Assembly: GCA_965116925.1 (NCBI GenBank)
Contig: OZ220744.1
Span: 64,001 to 128,000 of the forward strand
Direction: 5' to 3'
Length of the DNA: 64,000 nucleotides
Origin: Candidatus Poribacteria bacterium
GTDB taxonomy: Bacteria; Poribacteria; WGA-4E; PCPOR2b
The number at the start of each line of letters is the position of its first letter. The stretch's first letter is position 1. Made by a program: the position numbers and the translations under genes. This document shows positions 9,498 to 20,000 of the stretch, one piece after another. The notes beneath the pieces are model-generated. The model was not told where the DNA came from. It did not search any database and saw only the letters and a program-made list of their open reading frames with translations.

Positions 9498-10727
9498 ATG
9501 AAGGAAAAAGTATCATCTCCTGATTCCGCCCCCACAATGCCACAAAACCCACTTCTCGTTCCCGAAGTATCCGATCCGACGCTAGCACAACTCCTGCTGC
9601 GTCCGACCGGCGAACTTGCAAGTGCCACTCGCCCTAGCTTTCTCGCTAATAATCACTCCCCTGTGCAGTGGTCTCATGACGATTGGGACCGGTTAGAAGC
9701 AAGTCGCGAGCCTCTATTCAACATGTCAGCAGTTGCTGCACAATTTGACCATGCCAGTTTTTTGAGGGATGGATACGCTGTTCTGAGAGAGGTTATGACA
9801 CCCAAAACCGTCGAGGACTGGACAGCAGCACTGAAATATGGTCAGCAACTCAACGACAGATTGCTGAAATCAGATTGGACACAGATTGACTGGGGCACTC
9901 TTGGTCGCACACTGCCAACAAAATCTCTCACCGTTGAGGAGATTAATAACGCCCTCGGAGGGAGCCAGAAGGCGCCGCAATCAAACGATGAGGCTGGTGT
10001 GAAGACGTTGCGGCAGCACAGCGTGTTTGCAGAGTATTTTCCGGCAGGTCATGTTCCCTACTTAATGAACGTCCTCACGCACCCCCAGATGCTCCAACTG
10101 CAACGGATGAGCCTCGGCAGCGATGACATCTATTTCGATCATAACCAGCTATTGACGAGACCCCCAGGCTATCCCGGTGGCGCGTGGCACAGCCATAAAA
10201 TCGGCGGCGGTGCTGATAACTGCGGTGTAGCGAGCCTGTCGGAGTATCAGGCGCAACCAAATTTCAATCTCACGCTCTGTTACCCTCAAGGTTTTGAAGC
10301 TGAAGACGACGGGGGGCTGAAAATCATTCGGGGCAGCCATCTCTTTCGGGATCCAGGCGGGTGCTGGGCTGACACTGACGAAAAGATGCAGAAGGAATGG
10401 TTGGCAGGACGGGTGCATCCCGTTACTTCTGAGCCTCTTCAAATTGAATATCTCTCAATTCCGCCGGGAACCGTCGTCTGCTGTCTATCGCACGCCGCAC
10501 ATGCGGTGTCACCCAAAGCCTTGGACAGGGATACTCGTTGGTGCTCACTTTTCTGCTACAAGAAACCGAGTGATGTGACCGGTTACGCCCAACCGTCTCA
10601 TTCGATCCCACTGGTATGGGCAATGAAGGCGCAGCGGGGTGAGTTGCCAGTTGTGCTCACTGAGCTGTTTCGACCAAGCTATGACAGGGAGCTGACGGGC
10701 GGACGGACTGTGGATTCACAGGCTTGA
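9498..10727 (+). CDS. PhyH-like Fe/2OG dioxygenase-fold protein with HxH motif
   Basis: FLRDGYAVL, WHSH, GGLKIIRGSHL, PPGTVV...HAAH; paralog of 10732..11856. Confidence 0.7.
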   Translation: MKEKVSSPDSAPTMPQNPLLVPEVSDPTLAQLLLRPTGELASATRPSFLANNHSPVQWSHDDWDRLEASREPLFNMSAVAAQFDHASFLRDGYAVLREVMTPKTVEDWTAALKYGQQLNDRLLKSDWTQIDWGTLGRTLPTKSLTVEEINNALGGSQKAPQSNDEAGVKTLRQHSVFAEYFPAGHVPYLMNVLTHPQMLQLQRMSLGSDDIYFDHNQLLTRPPGYPGGAWHSHKIGGGADNCGVASLSEYQAQPNFNLTLCYPQGFEAEDDGGLKIIRGSHLFRDPGGCWADTDEKMQKEWLAGRVHPVTSEPLQIEYLSIPPGTVVCCLSHAAHAVSPKALDRDTRWCSLFCYKKPSDVTGYAQPSHSIPLVWAMKAQRGELPVVLTELFRPSYDRELTGGRTVDSQA

Positions 10728-10731
10728 TAGG

Positions 10732-11856
10732 TCAGTTCAGGGGATTGTCCGCTTCAAACACACGTCTCTCCGCATCGGACAGTTTTCCCGCCGCCGCAGT
10801 ACGTTCTACCCAATGCGTGGGTATGCCGTGTGTCCATTTGGCTGGGGAGGCTTGGGAATCTGGTGTTCGATATGCCATCAACAATCCCCACCGGGTCGGT
10901 GCCCCCGGCGGACGGTGCTGAACGTGATGCGGCATATGGTGAACAAACGAAACCATGCTTCCGGGGGGTAGTGATAGATGTACGATTTCCAACGGCTTGC
11001 CTGTGATGGCGTGCGTCTTTCCCTTCAGCCAATTGGCTTGCATGTCCGCGTCTTCATCGAGGCGTTCCGTGTTCCATTTGAAAGGAATGCGGTAAAGGTG
11101 GGATCCCGGTATAACCCCAAGTTCCGCGCCGTCCCCGCTCTCTGCCCCTTCTGGATAACATAGCGTTCGGATACATTGCTGCTGCAGAAACTCAGGGGTT
11201 AATGCTTTGCCGGTGCCGATAGGGTCTTCGACTTCGTACTGTCCATCTCGATACTGGTGAGCGTGCCAACGTCTCCCTCGCGAGCTAGCTGCCCGGTTAA
11301 GCATCAAACAGTGGTCAAGCACGAAACGGTCGCCGAAGAGTTTCTTGAATAGTTCCATCATCTGTGGATGGGCAGTGGTGACATCCATAATGAAGTCATC
11401 GTATCCCGCTGGAAAATATTCCGGCATCACTCCCTGCGACTCGTATCCGCGTGTGACTAACGCAGGTCCCGGACCGAGGAGTCCGTGCTCGTGCATGTAG
11501 GCACGCACCTCCGATCTGAGAAAGCTGGGCATCTGCTCTGATCCACCACAGCAAGATTCCAAAAACTCTGGGGTAATTTGCTCGGGCGGCGGCGGTGCCA
11601 ACCCACGCGTCTCAAAGTCGATGGCAGTCCAGTCGGTATCCATAAGGATGCAGTCGTTCATGTGCTGCAGTTGCTGTAGACTAGCTGTGAATTGCTTTTG
11701 ACCTTCATTGGTCAGTACGCCCTCCCACACCCAAAATCCTTCCTGCTCGAAGGTCGTACGGTCAAAGGCATCCAACACCCCCGGGCGCAGCAGATTATCC
11801 ACACGCGCTGCTCGCACGGCATCGTCCGTCTGTTTCTGTTCCCTTGAGTTCTTCAT
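10732..11856 (-). CDS. PhyH-like Fe/2OG dioxygenase-fold protein with HxH motif
   Basis: FEQEGF, WHAH, LGVIPGSHL, PPGSMV...HMPHH; paralog of 9498..10727. Confidence 0.7.
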   Translation of the reverse strand: MKNSREQKQTDDAVRAARVDNLLRPGVLDAFDRTTFEQEGFWVWEGVLTNEGQKQFTASLQQLQHMNDCILMDTDWTAIDFETRGLAPPPPEQITPEFLESCCGGSEQMPSFLRSEVRAYMHEHGLLGPGPALVTRGYESQGVMPEYFPAGYDDFIMDVTTAHPQMMELFKKLFGDRFVLDHCLMLNRAASSRGRRWHAHQYRDGQYEVEDPIGTGKALTPEFLQQQCIRTLCYPEGAESGDGAELGVIPGSHLYRIPFKWNTERLDEDADMQANWLKGKTHAITGKPLEIVHLSLPPGSMVSFVHHMPHHVQHRPPGAPTRWGLLMAYRTPDSQASPAKWTHGIPTHWVERTAAAGKLSDAERRVFEADNPLN

Positions 11857-12004
11857 TGTTTCTTTTTCCTCAATTTTGTATACTTAACAGGCAGAAAATG
11901 GATAGTTTCTCAAAAAACGTCATCATCATAGCACAGCAATTGACAACATGTCAACGGATTTAACACGACAACCGGTATGTACAATTGACCGAGAGGAACA
12001 CCAC

Positions 12005-13534
12005 ATGGAACTGTATCCGGGAAAGCAGCTATTTATAGACGATTTCTTCATCGAATCGATGGTTGGAGCGCATCGCGTTCTCAATTGTCCAGAGAAGATT
12101 ACTGTTGACGAACCGCTTCACACAGTCAACCCAGATCGGTCGTGGGAGAGCGAACCTGCTCGCGGACCAATCATCTACGATGAGAAAAATCACACCTTTC
12201 GGATGTACTATACAGGTGTGAACTCTTTGATGTGCGTCCTTGAGTCCAGCGATGGGGTGCATTGGGAACGTCCTAATTTGGGGGTTGTCGAGTTTGAAGG
12301 TTCCAAAGCCAACAACATCATCAATTGGCCCAGCGACTGCCCACAACTGGGGACCCTCCTTTACGACCCCCATGAAACAGATGAAACCTATCGGTGGAAG
12401 CGGATAACCACTATGCCCCACGAAGGCGTCTGGCAGGCACTCTACTCGGCGGATGGATACAACTGGTGCCACTATCCCTCCGGTCCCCACAACCATCAGA
12501 AACAGTTTTTCGCATTCGGATCTCCCGCAGAAACCTTCGGTGGCACCGTCGACCCCGACGCGCCTTATATACTCTATAGCCAGCGCGGTTCCAGCCGTCG
12601 AACCCGCGTACTCGGACGGCGTGATAGTCGGGACTGCCTCAATTGGTCGGGCTTACGCACAGTCATTGATCAAGACCTTGATGACCCGCTGGGGACGGAG
12701 TTTTATGCTGCAGGACATGATATGGCAAATCGCACAGACGGTGGATTACATATCATCATGCTTAATGTCTTTTTTACTGATTTGACCGAACCATACGCCA
12801 TTGAACAACCGGATCTCTACTGGGGAACCACCGGAGGATCGCCAGCACTCCCAGCGCGGGTGGATGGGGTCGTTGAGCCGCAACTGGCGGTAAGCCGTGA
12901 TACAGTCTCATGGAAGCGGTATCGCCAGCTATTTTTTCCTCGTGGTAAACCCGGCGCATGGGACTGGGGATCTATGTACGTCTCTGGCCCTATTCATCAC
13001 AATAGGAAGCTTTGGTTCTACTACAACGGGGTCGGTGTAACCCACAACAACCGTACACCACAATTGCACTACGCGCTTAGTCCAAAAGAGCATCAGACAG
13101 GGATCGGGGTGGCGCAACTCCGATCCGGTGGGTATGTCAGTGTGGAAGCGGATTCGTATGCGCCGGGAACCCTGACCACGCATCGCTTCCGTCAGGAATC
13201 AGGGGGAAAAGTGACGGTTAACGTGGACGCCACAGCAGGCGAACTACGATATGAAGTGCTGGAAGATACCGGCGCGTCCATCCCCGGTTTCACCGCCGCC
13301 GATTGTGATCCTATCCGCGGTGATACCCTTGGCACCGTGTTGTCGTGGAATGGCATTCCCCAATGGCCCGGTGTAAGCGAGGAACGCCAATCGAGCTACC
13401 CCAATCTTCCCGAAAGAGAGTTCTACATCAAGTTGCGATTTTATATCTCTCCGGGGACCAAGTTCTACTCCTTGACGCTAGACCCACCGGAGGTTACAAT
13501 GTGGCAGGTTCGCTCACAATCAGTCCCCGAATAG
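12005..13534 (+). CDS. Glycoside-hydrolase-like beta-propeller protein
   Basis: KQLFIDD, FRMYY, ESSDGVHWERPNLG, SADGYNW, QLAVSRD..W, GTLTT, LRFY motifs; GAGG RBS. Confidence 0.6.
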   Translation: MELYPGKQLFIDDFFIESMVGAHRVLNCPEKITVDEPLHTVNPDRSWESEPARGPIIYDEKNHTFRMYYTGVNSLMCVLESSDGVHWERPNLGVVEFEGSKANNIINWPSDCPQLGTLLYDPHETDETYRWKRITTMPHEGVWQALYSADGYNWCHYPSGPHNHQKQFFAFGSPAETFGGTVDPDAPYILYSQRGSSRRTRVLGRRDSRDCLNWSGLRTVIDQDLDDPLGTEFYAAGHDMANRTDGGLHIIMLNVFFTDLTEPYAIEQPDLYWGTTGGSPALPARVDGVVEPQLAVSRDTVSWKRYRQLFFPRGKPGAWDWGSMYVSGPIHHNRKLWFYYNGVGVTHNNRTPQLHYALSPKEHQTGIGVAQLRSGGYVSVEADSYAPGTLTTHRFRQESGGKVTVNVDATAGELRYEVLEDTGASIPGFTAADCDPIRGDTLGTVLSWNGIPQWPGVSEERQSSYPNLPEREFYIKLRFYISPGTKFYSLTLDPPEVTMWQVRSQSVPE

Positions 13535-13636
13535 AACTATCCACGCTTGTACGACGGTCAAGTCGCCACTGCGGGTCGTGCTAAGTTTACACAAAATTCG
13601 ATTGGCATCAGTTGGTCTAAAATGGTAGAATTTGAG

Positions 13637-13731
13637 CCATTCGGGTGCGAAATTGGATCGTGTGAAAGGATGGTCGATGTCTAAAATGATGTATCAGCCA
13701 TTTTTACGCTGAATTTTCCTCACCCGAATGG
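13637..13731. repeat. 95-bp foldback element (MITE-like or structured RNA)
   Basis: Perfect terminal IR CCATTCGGGTG/CACCCGAATGG plus imperfect pairing through most of its length. Confidence 0.5.
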
Positions 13732-13776
13732 ATTTTATAGATTTGAGTGAACTGTTACAAGACAGGAGTTTATTAT

Positions 13777-14056
13777 TTGACGTACTCCAAAAGCTGAAGC
13801 ATTTGTCCCGATCTTATCAGGACGCTTTCTAATTGTGGTATCAACGACACCTGCGAGGCGACCCCCGACTTACGATGCCTTCTCCAAGGGACAACGCCCT
13901 GCCCCTATACTGGCGTCTATTCCTGCTTCCCGGTGCCAATAACTACCCATATTATATCATACTTTGTTAAACAAATCAAGAAGATGCCAGAGCATGAACT
14001 GTATCCCAAACCCCGATGGATCGGGACTAAGAAGTCTGAAGATTGGGGTTTTAGCC
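13777..14056 (-). mobile_element. Non-coding IS200/IS605-derived mini-element: left-end hairpin, promoter, omega-RNA-like segment, right end
   Basis: Minus strand reads AAAACCCCAATCTTCAGA..TTGGGATA (LE-like), TTGATT-N17-TATAAT promoter, ...TTGGAGAAGGCATCGTAAGTC... and AGAAAGC..CTTCAG..GGAGTACGTCAA (RE ending TCAA); left boundary approximate. Confidence 0.65.
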
Positions 14057-14075
14057 CTAAAGGAGAATTTTGATA

Positions 14076-15104
14076 ATGCAAACCGATAAAAACCGATGTG
14101 TCGTATTTGTTTCCCTCACTGGGGACGAACAGATAAAATGCTACGACATGGACCCCGATTCGGGCGAATTACAGTTACGCTCGACCAGTAACGCCCACGG
14201 ACCTTCAGGTGCTCTCTGTCTGCACCCGTCTGGAGAGATAATGTACGATGGTCATGTGGGATCAACCACATTGGCTAGCTTTCGTCTGGATACCGACTCA
14301 GGTGAACTCACCCTCGTTAACAAGGTGGACACCGGCATCGGTATTCCCGCTCACCTCACCACAGACAGAAATGGTCGCTTCCTGCTCACCGCCTACTACG
14401 GTGGGGGTGGTGTTACCGTTCATCGGCTAGGGAATGATGGCACAATCGGAGAACTAGTGCAATATGTCGATACCGGCGAGAAGGCTCACGCAATCATCGC
14501 AGTGACCGAAGATCAGTTCGTCTTTGTGCCACACGTCTGCCCGAATAACAGGACCTACCAATTCCGTTTTGATAACGAGTCGGGTCAACTCACCCCCAAT
14601 GATCCCGCCGAGCTCACACCACCTGACGATGAAACGGGGCCCCGCCATATCTGTTTTCGACCCGAAGGAGATGTTGCCTATATCGTCAACGAACAAGGCA
14701 ACACAGTGACCGCTCACCGTTACGATTCCGAAAGGGGGACGCTCCAAATCTTCCAGAATATTTCGACTTTACCAGAAGACTACACAGAAGGTGGCGCGAC
14801 TGCTCATGTGGAGGTGCATCCGAATGGAAAGTGGGCGTATGCATCCAATCGGGGGCACGACAGCATTGTCGGATTTAACGTTGACACCGACGGATCGCTC
14901 AGTGTATTTGGGCATTTTCCAATCTCGGCAAGTCCACGCTCATTCAATATTGACCCGACGGGCACCTTTCTATACGGTGCCGGTGAGGCTGCGGACACAA
15001 TGACCTGCTATCGTGTGGACGCAACAACAGGTGAATTACAGCCTCTTCAAGACTACGCCGTTGGAAGCCAACCGTTCTGGGTTATGGTAACGCCACTAGG
15101 CTAG
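14076..15104 (+). CDS. Lactonase family protein (6-phosphogluconolactonase-like 7-bladed propeller)
   Basis: AYYGGG, GPRHI, YIVNE, YASNRGHDSI, PRSFNIDP motifs. Confidence 0.85.
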   Translation: MQTDKNRCVVFVSLTGDEQIKCYDMDPDSGELQLRSTSNAHGPSGALCLHPSGEIMYDGHVGSTTLASFRLDTDSGELTLVNKVDTGIGIPAHLTTDRNGRFLLTAYYGGGGVTVHRLGNDGTIGELVQYVDTGEKAHAIIAVTEDQFVFVPHVCPNNRTYQFRFDNESGQLTPNDPAELTPPDDETGPRHICFRPEGDVAYIVNEQGNTVTAHRYDSERGTLQIFQNISTLPEDYTEGGATAHVEVHPNGKWAYASNRGHDSIVGFNVDTDGSLSVFGHFPISASPRSFNIDPTGTFLYGAGEAADTMTCYRVDATTGELQPLQDYAVGSQPFWVMVTPLG

Positions 15105-15218
15105 ATTTTATTGGGCTTTTTGCCCTATGTACGCTTTGCATCACGAGAAACGCTTTAATCAACGGTGTTCAATTTTTACACCGCCAAACAACCAACATAT
15201 TATATAAGGAGAATAACG

Positions 15219-15536
15219 ATGGTTTATGAACTTCGCACCTATAGAATTCCTGAAGGCAAGATGCCGAATATCCTTAGCCGATTTGAAAATATCACCTTTG
15301 GTATCTTCAAAAAGTATGGCATAGAGGTCGTCGGATTCTGGACACGGTCAGATGCCAATGAATTGGTGTATATCTGTAGATATGAAAGTGAAGCGGCGAT
15401 GGACGCTGCATGGGAGGCTTTCCGGGCAGATCCCGAATGGCTTAAAGCTCGCGAAGAAACCGAAGCGAATGGACCAATTGTTGAGGAAGTATTCTCGAAT
15501 ACCCTCATTCCGACCTCTTTTTCACCAATACAATAG
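15219..15536 (+). CDS. NIPSNAP family protein
   Basis: MVYELRTY, F..YGIEVVGFW, AWEAFRADPEW, L.PTSFSP. Confidence 0.9.
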   Translation: MVYELRTYRIPEGKMPNILSRFENITFGIFKKYGIEVVGFWTRSDANELVYICRYESEAAMDAAWEAFRADPEWLKAREETEANGPIVEEVFSNTLIPTSFSPIQ

Positions 15537-15589
15537 AGATTAAGTCCGTTGGGTGCTGATTACAGAACAACACAAAGTAGAATACTGCC

Positions 15590-16558
15590 ATGACAAATGT
15601 TGGACTCATCGGTTTTGGTCAATGGGCTCGCCAAGCCTACGCACCCTTGCTTGGCGAGATGCCTCAGGTTCGAGTTGTGGCTGTCTCCGCTCGAAGTCAT
15701 ACCACAAGAACACTCGCAAAGCAAACATTCGGCGTGGGGACAAAGACGTTTGCGGACTACCACGACCTGTTGAACGATTCAACCGTCGACGCGGTCCTGA
15801 TTGCACTCCCCAATTCTCTACACGCCCCGGCCCTTCAAGCAGCGACGAAATCAAATAAACATCTGTTCTTTGAGCCGCCGGTTGCGGTAGACTCGGAGAC
15901 AGCCTCGGAGGTACTGGACACGTTGGCAGCGGGTGGCGGCGTGGTTCAAGCTGATCTGGAACTCCGATACCTGCCGGTGATGGACGCTATAGTGAGGTGC
16001 ATTCAGTCCGGTAGGATAGGCGAGCCGTTGATGGCGAAGATCCGTCTGTGGTGCAACTGGGGGTATGAAGGTGGCGCGTGGTATGACGAAGTTCAGGGGC
16101 AGAGTTTCTTCCTGTGGCTGGGCTGTTGGTATCTCGATGCTCTGGATTGTATCTTCAGACGAGCCGCGGTTCAAGCGTCTGTTGTGGGAGGTCGCCACAG
16201 CAACGGGACGCTGATGGATGCCGGTTGGGCGTCGCTGGTTTATGCCGGTGGAGGAATCGGTCAACTTGAATTCAACTTGGTTATACCACAGGAGACCACC
16301 ATTGAGCTGACTGTTGCCTGTCAATCAGGAGAGATTATCACGGATTTGCAGACGGGACGGTGGCGATGGCGTGCCGAAACAGGCGATTGGCATCCTGAAC
16401 ACGCACCTGCTTCCGCACCCGCTTACGGATTTGTAGGTATGCGTGAAAGCCTACAAGGGTTCTTTGATACCATCCATGTGGGCGGTCGTCCACGTGCAAA
16501 TGTCGATGTGATGCGCCGGGTGCAACACGCTGCACAACTTTGTGCGGGGGCTGAATGA
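15590..16558 (+). CDS. Gfo/Idh/MocA family oxidoreductase (EPP in place of EKP)
   Basis: VGLIGFGQW, VDAVLIALPNSLH, KHLFFEPP. Confidence 0.85.
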   Translation: MTNVGLIGFGQWARQAYAPLLGEMPQVRVVAVSARSHTTRTLAKQTFGVGTKTFADYHDLLNDSTVDAVLIALPNSLHAPALQAATKSNKHLFFEPPVAVDSETASEVLDTLAAGGGVVQADLELRYLPVMDAIVRCIQSGRIGEPLMAKIRLWCNWGYEGGAWYDEVQGQSFFLWLGCWYLDALDCIFRRAAVQASVVGGRHSNGTLMDAGWASLVYAGGGIGQLEFNLVIPQETTIELTVACQSGEIITDLQTGRWRWRAETGDWHPEHAPASAPAYGFVGMRESLQGFFDTIHVGGRPRANVDVMRRVQHAAQLCAGAE

Positions 16559-16588
16559 ATGACACCACCCCCCCTTGAAAGGATAGAT

Positions 16589-16840
16589 ATGAGTTGGCTA
16601 GATGTTATCCAAATTGGACACGATCTGAAGGTGTGTCCCGACTGTAACCGCGAATATGAGGTGATGGATGAATTTCTAGCAAAGAAAGATGAACTACTGA
16701 CCGGAGACGATTGGATCGATGAGATGTTCAGTGAAGAGTATTACATCGCACTGAGGTGTCCGCAGTGTCTAGAAACGCGAAATTTACGTCTCAAATCGCT
16801 CACTGAAAAGCAATATCAAACAGCGCGAGAAGAAAATTAA
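16589..16840 (+). CDS. Small hypothetical protein with two CxxC pairs (possible Zn ribbon)
   Basis: CPDC and CPQC; AGGA RBS before ATG. Confidence 0.55.
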   Translation: MSWLDVIQIGHDLKVCPDCNREYEVMDEFLAKKDELLTGDDWIDEMFSEEYYIALRCPQCLETRNLRLKSLTEKQYQTAREEN

Positions 16841-17069
16841 CGCCGCCAAAAGTACCCAAATGAATCTACCTACCCTTGAACGTTACCAAATACAATCCAA
16901 TTATCTACTCTGAAATAATCGCTTTCCATGGCATAGGCTATCTCTCAACCAAACTGATATTTTTGCGTCTAACACAAATCGAGTCCAATGAATTGATCAG
17001 TTAATCATCATTTGTTAAGACATCTGAAAAATCCTAAAATAATATCCAAGCAATTATAGGGGGAAATGC

Positions 17070-20000
17070 GTGCGAATTATCAAACCTACAAAACGACACC
17101 GTCCGTACCCGAAAAAACAAGCTCTTTCTACGCTATTATCTAAAAACGGGTGCTGTTTATTTATCCTTATCCTTCTGTTCCAATTTTTTCCATCCTTTTT
17201 CTTTATGCAAGGCGAATCGCTCGTTTGGGCGTTACGCTTTCAGACCTCACCGCAGGCGATTGATGATGTTGATGAGGACAATGTTTTTAGCCCAAATGGA
17301 GATGGTGTACAAGATACGCTCCTCATTAGTTTTGTCACCGATGGCGATTTCGGTGATTTCCGGATTATCATTGATACGCATGGTCCGAGTGGGGTTGGTA
17401 AGCCTGATGGGCAATTTCGTGTTGACGAAGATTGGGTAATTACAGGGGAAGTTGGGCCCGGAATTGACCAGTTCGCCCCTCCAACAGCCATCCGTGAAGC
17501 GTGGGACGGGAATGATTTTTCCAGACAGCAAGAGGAGAAAAATCCGCACCCACTCAGCGATGGACGGTATCGGATTCGGATCGAAATTGACGCTGTTCCC
17601 AACGAGGAAGTGAGTCGTGCGGAGTCAGGATACCTTGCGATTCAACTTTCCGCGATAATTGACAATGAACTTCCGCAACTATCAGCCACTGCTCTCCAAC
17701 GGGATTTGTCGCCGAATGGGGATACTATCACAGACGAAATACAAATTGACTACGGACTTTCCGAGAGTTTGGTGGAACTTGAGTTGCAATTTACTGATCC
17801 GTCAGATCGACCGGCAATTCCGTTGACTCGATTTACGGAAGGGAAGAATCACACATTTACTTGGACGGGGGTTGATGGCTTAGATACGAGATTAAGTGAC
17901 GGCACCTACACCGTTCAACTGCATGGGACTGACAGGGGTGGTAACGTGGTGACTTTTGGACTCGGTAGTTTCCAAATTGACACAAAGTCTCCTATCATTG
18001 CCCAGCTAACGCCGAGGCGGAACTCGTTTCAGAATACACCCATTGAACAGATTGAGGCAATATTCGACGTGGGTGATGGAAGCCTTATTGATGTTGACTC
18101 AACCTTTACAGAAATTCTTTTATTGAATGCAAACGGTGCACAAATTAGTGGAGTGGTTAATCATGATGAAGAGGCAGGTCGCATCACGCTGACGCTCGAT
18201 CGGTCTGTTGATTCCAGTGATGAAAACGGTGTTTACACAATCAGTGTTTCTGGTGCAGACAAAGCCGGCAATATTGTCTCAGATGAAGTCAGTTTCACCT
18301 TTGATAATGTTGCCCCGATGGTCACAAGCATTGCAACCGATGTTGGTGAGTTGACTCCCGATACGGTTACCACCACAAAATTCACTTTCGTTGATGTAAC
18401 CTTGGCGGATAACATTGACTCTAGGGTCAATACCGCTTCAACGGTTCGCTTGAGTGGGGCTGAAGGAGCTACAATAGCTGGGATCCAGAGTCAAGTTGGA
18501 GAAAACGGTATCCGTTGGACACCGGGATTTCCTCTGGCGACAGATGGTTCTTACGATGGAAGATACACCATCACAGTGCAGTCTCGAGACCGTGCAGGAA
18601 ATGAGGTTGAGATTCAGATCCCTTTCCTCTACGATACCCAAGTCCCTGAGTTAGTTCTTACATCGGGATCAGGGGTTCAACTGAACACTTCAGAAGGAGT
18701 AGAAGCCTTCCTGACAAGTCCCTTATCTGTATTGACAGCGACCTTTAACGACGGAAACGGCAGTGGCACTGACTTTAGTAAAACATCTGTTGAGATGGCT
18801 CGTTTCGCTCGAGCGGATGGGGCACAAGTTCCGGTCCAAGGGACACTTATCTCTGATGAAGATAATGACGTACTAGGATTTCGACTAAATCAGCCTCTAG
18901 AACGCCGCAATGGAAGTCAGGATGGCACCTATCTTATTCGAGTGAGATCGACCGACAAAGCGGGCAATGCTGAGACAAGAAATATTGAACTCATTTACGA
19001 TACACAAGCACCTGCGATTGTCTCAACAATTCGGACCGCAAATCCGCTGACCACTGAACGGATTGAGGTTGAACTTGAAGTGACTGATACCTTTGCAGGT
19101 GTGGAGGGAAGTGGATTTGACGTTTCTACATCAACCTTTGAGTTATTTGATGTAAATGGTGCTATGGTCGACGGTGCACAAACGAACGATGGTGCCGGTA
19201 AATTTGCGTTTCGCTCTCGTATACTGCCAGAGGGTGGTATGTATACCCTTGTTGTTACGCTGGCGGATCGGGCGGGCAACCGTAGTATTCCATTGCCGCT
19301 TATCTACGATGCCGAAGAGCCTACTATTGAAACAGTCAGCCACATTGAACCGATCGCAACTGTTTCTAACGTAGGTGAATTTCTGAGGCGGGTAGAAGCA
19401 ACTGTTAGTGATGTTGGCACCGGTATTGATTTCGATCAATCGCTGATTCAGTTGCTCAATGCTGCAGGAGAGGTCGTCCCCGGCACACCATATCACGATG
19501 ATGAAGCAACAGTTGGGTGGGAGTTAGCAACTCCGCTCACCCGTGAAGGCAACTTTGATGGGCTATACTCGCTCCGTGTCAGGGCTGTTGATAAAGCCGG
19601 GTACGTTGAAGAAAGAACCTATGCGTTACGCTACGACACGCAGGTACCTATTATCCATACCGCTCTTGTTGCACAAAACGATGGGACCGCTATAGAGTTG
19701 TCCGGTGTAGAAGCTCAACTGATTACGTCTCCAGTCAACCAGATTACCGTGAAATTCTCTGATGGAGAGGGCAGTGGTATGGATGTTTTGCGAACAACCG
19801 TAAGCCTTATCGGACCCGAAGGGACGCCAGTTGGCACGAATCAGAGTGACAATGGAGTAGATACAGTTTATCTTTCGTTCAATCCGTTGCGCGTAGATGG
19901 ATCCGACGATGGATTTTACCGTATTCAGGTAACTCCCACCGATTTAGCAGGTAACATGCTCACAAGCCCGGTTGAATTTCCATTTTTCTACGGTACGCGC

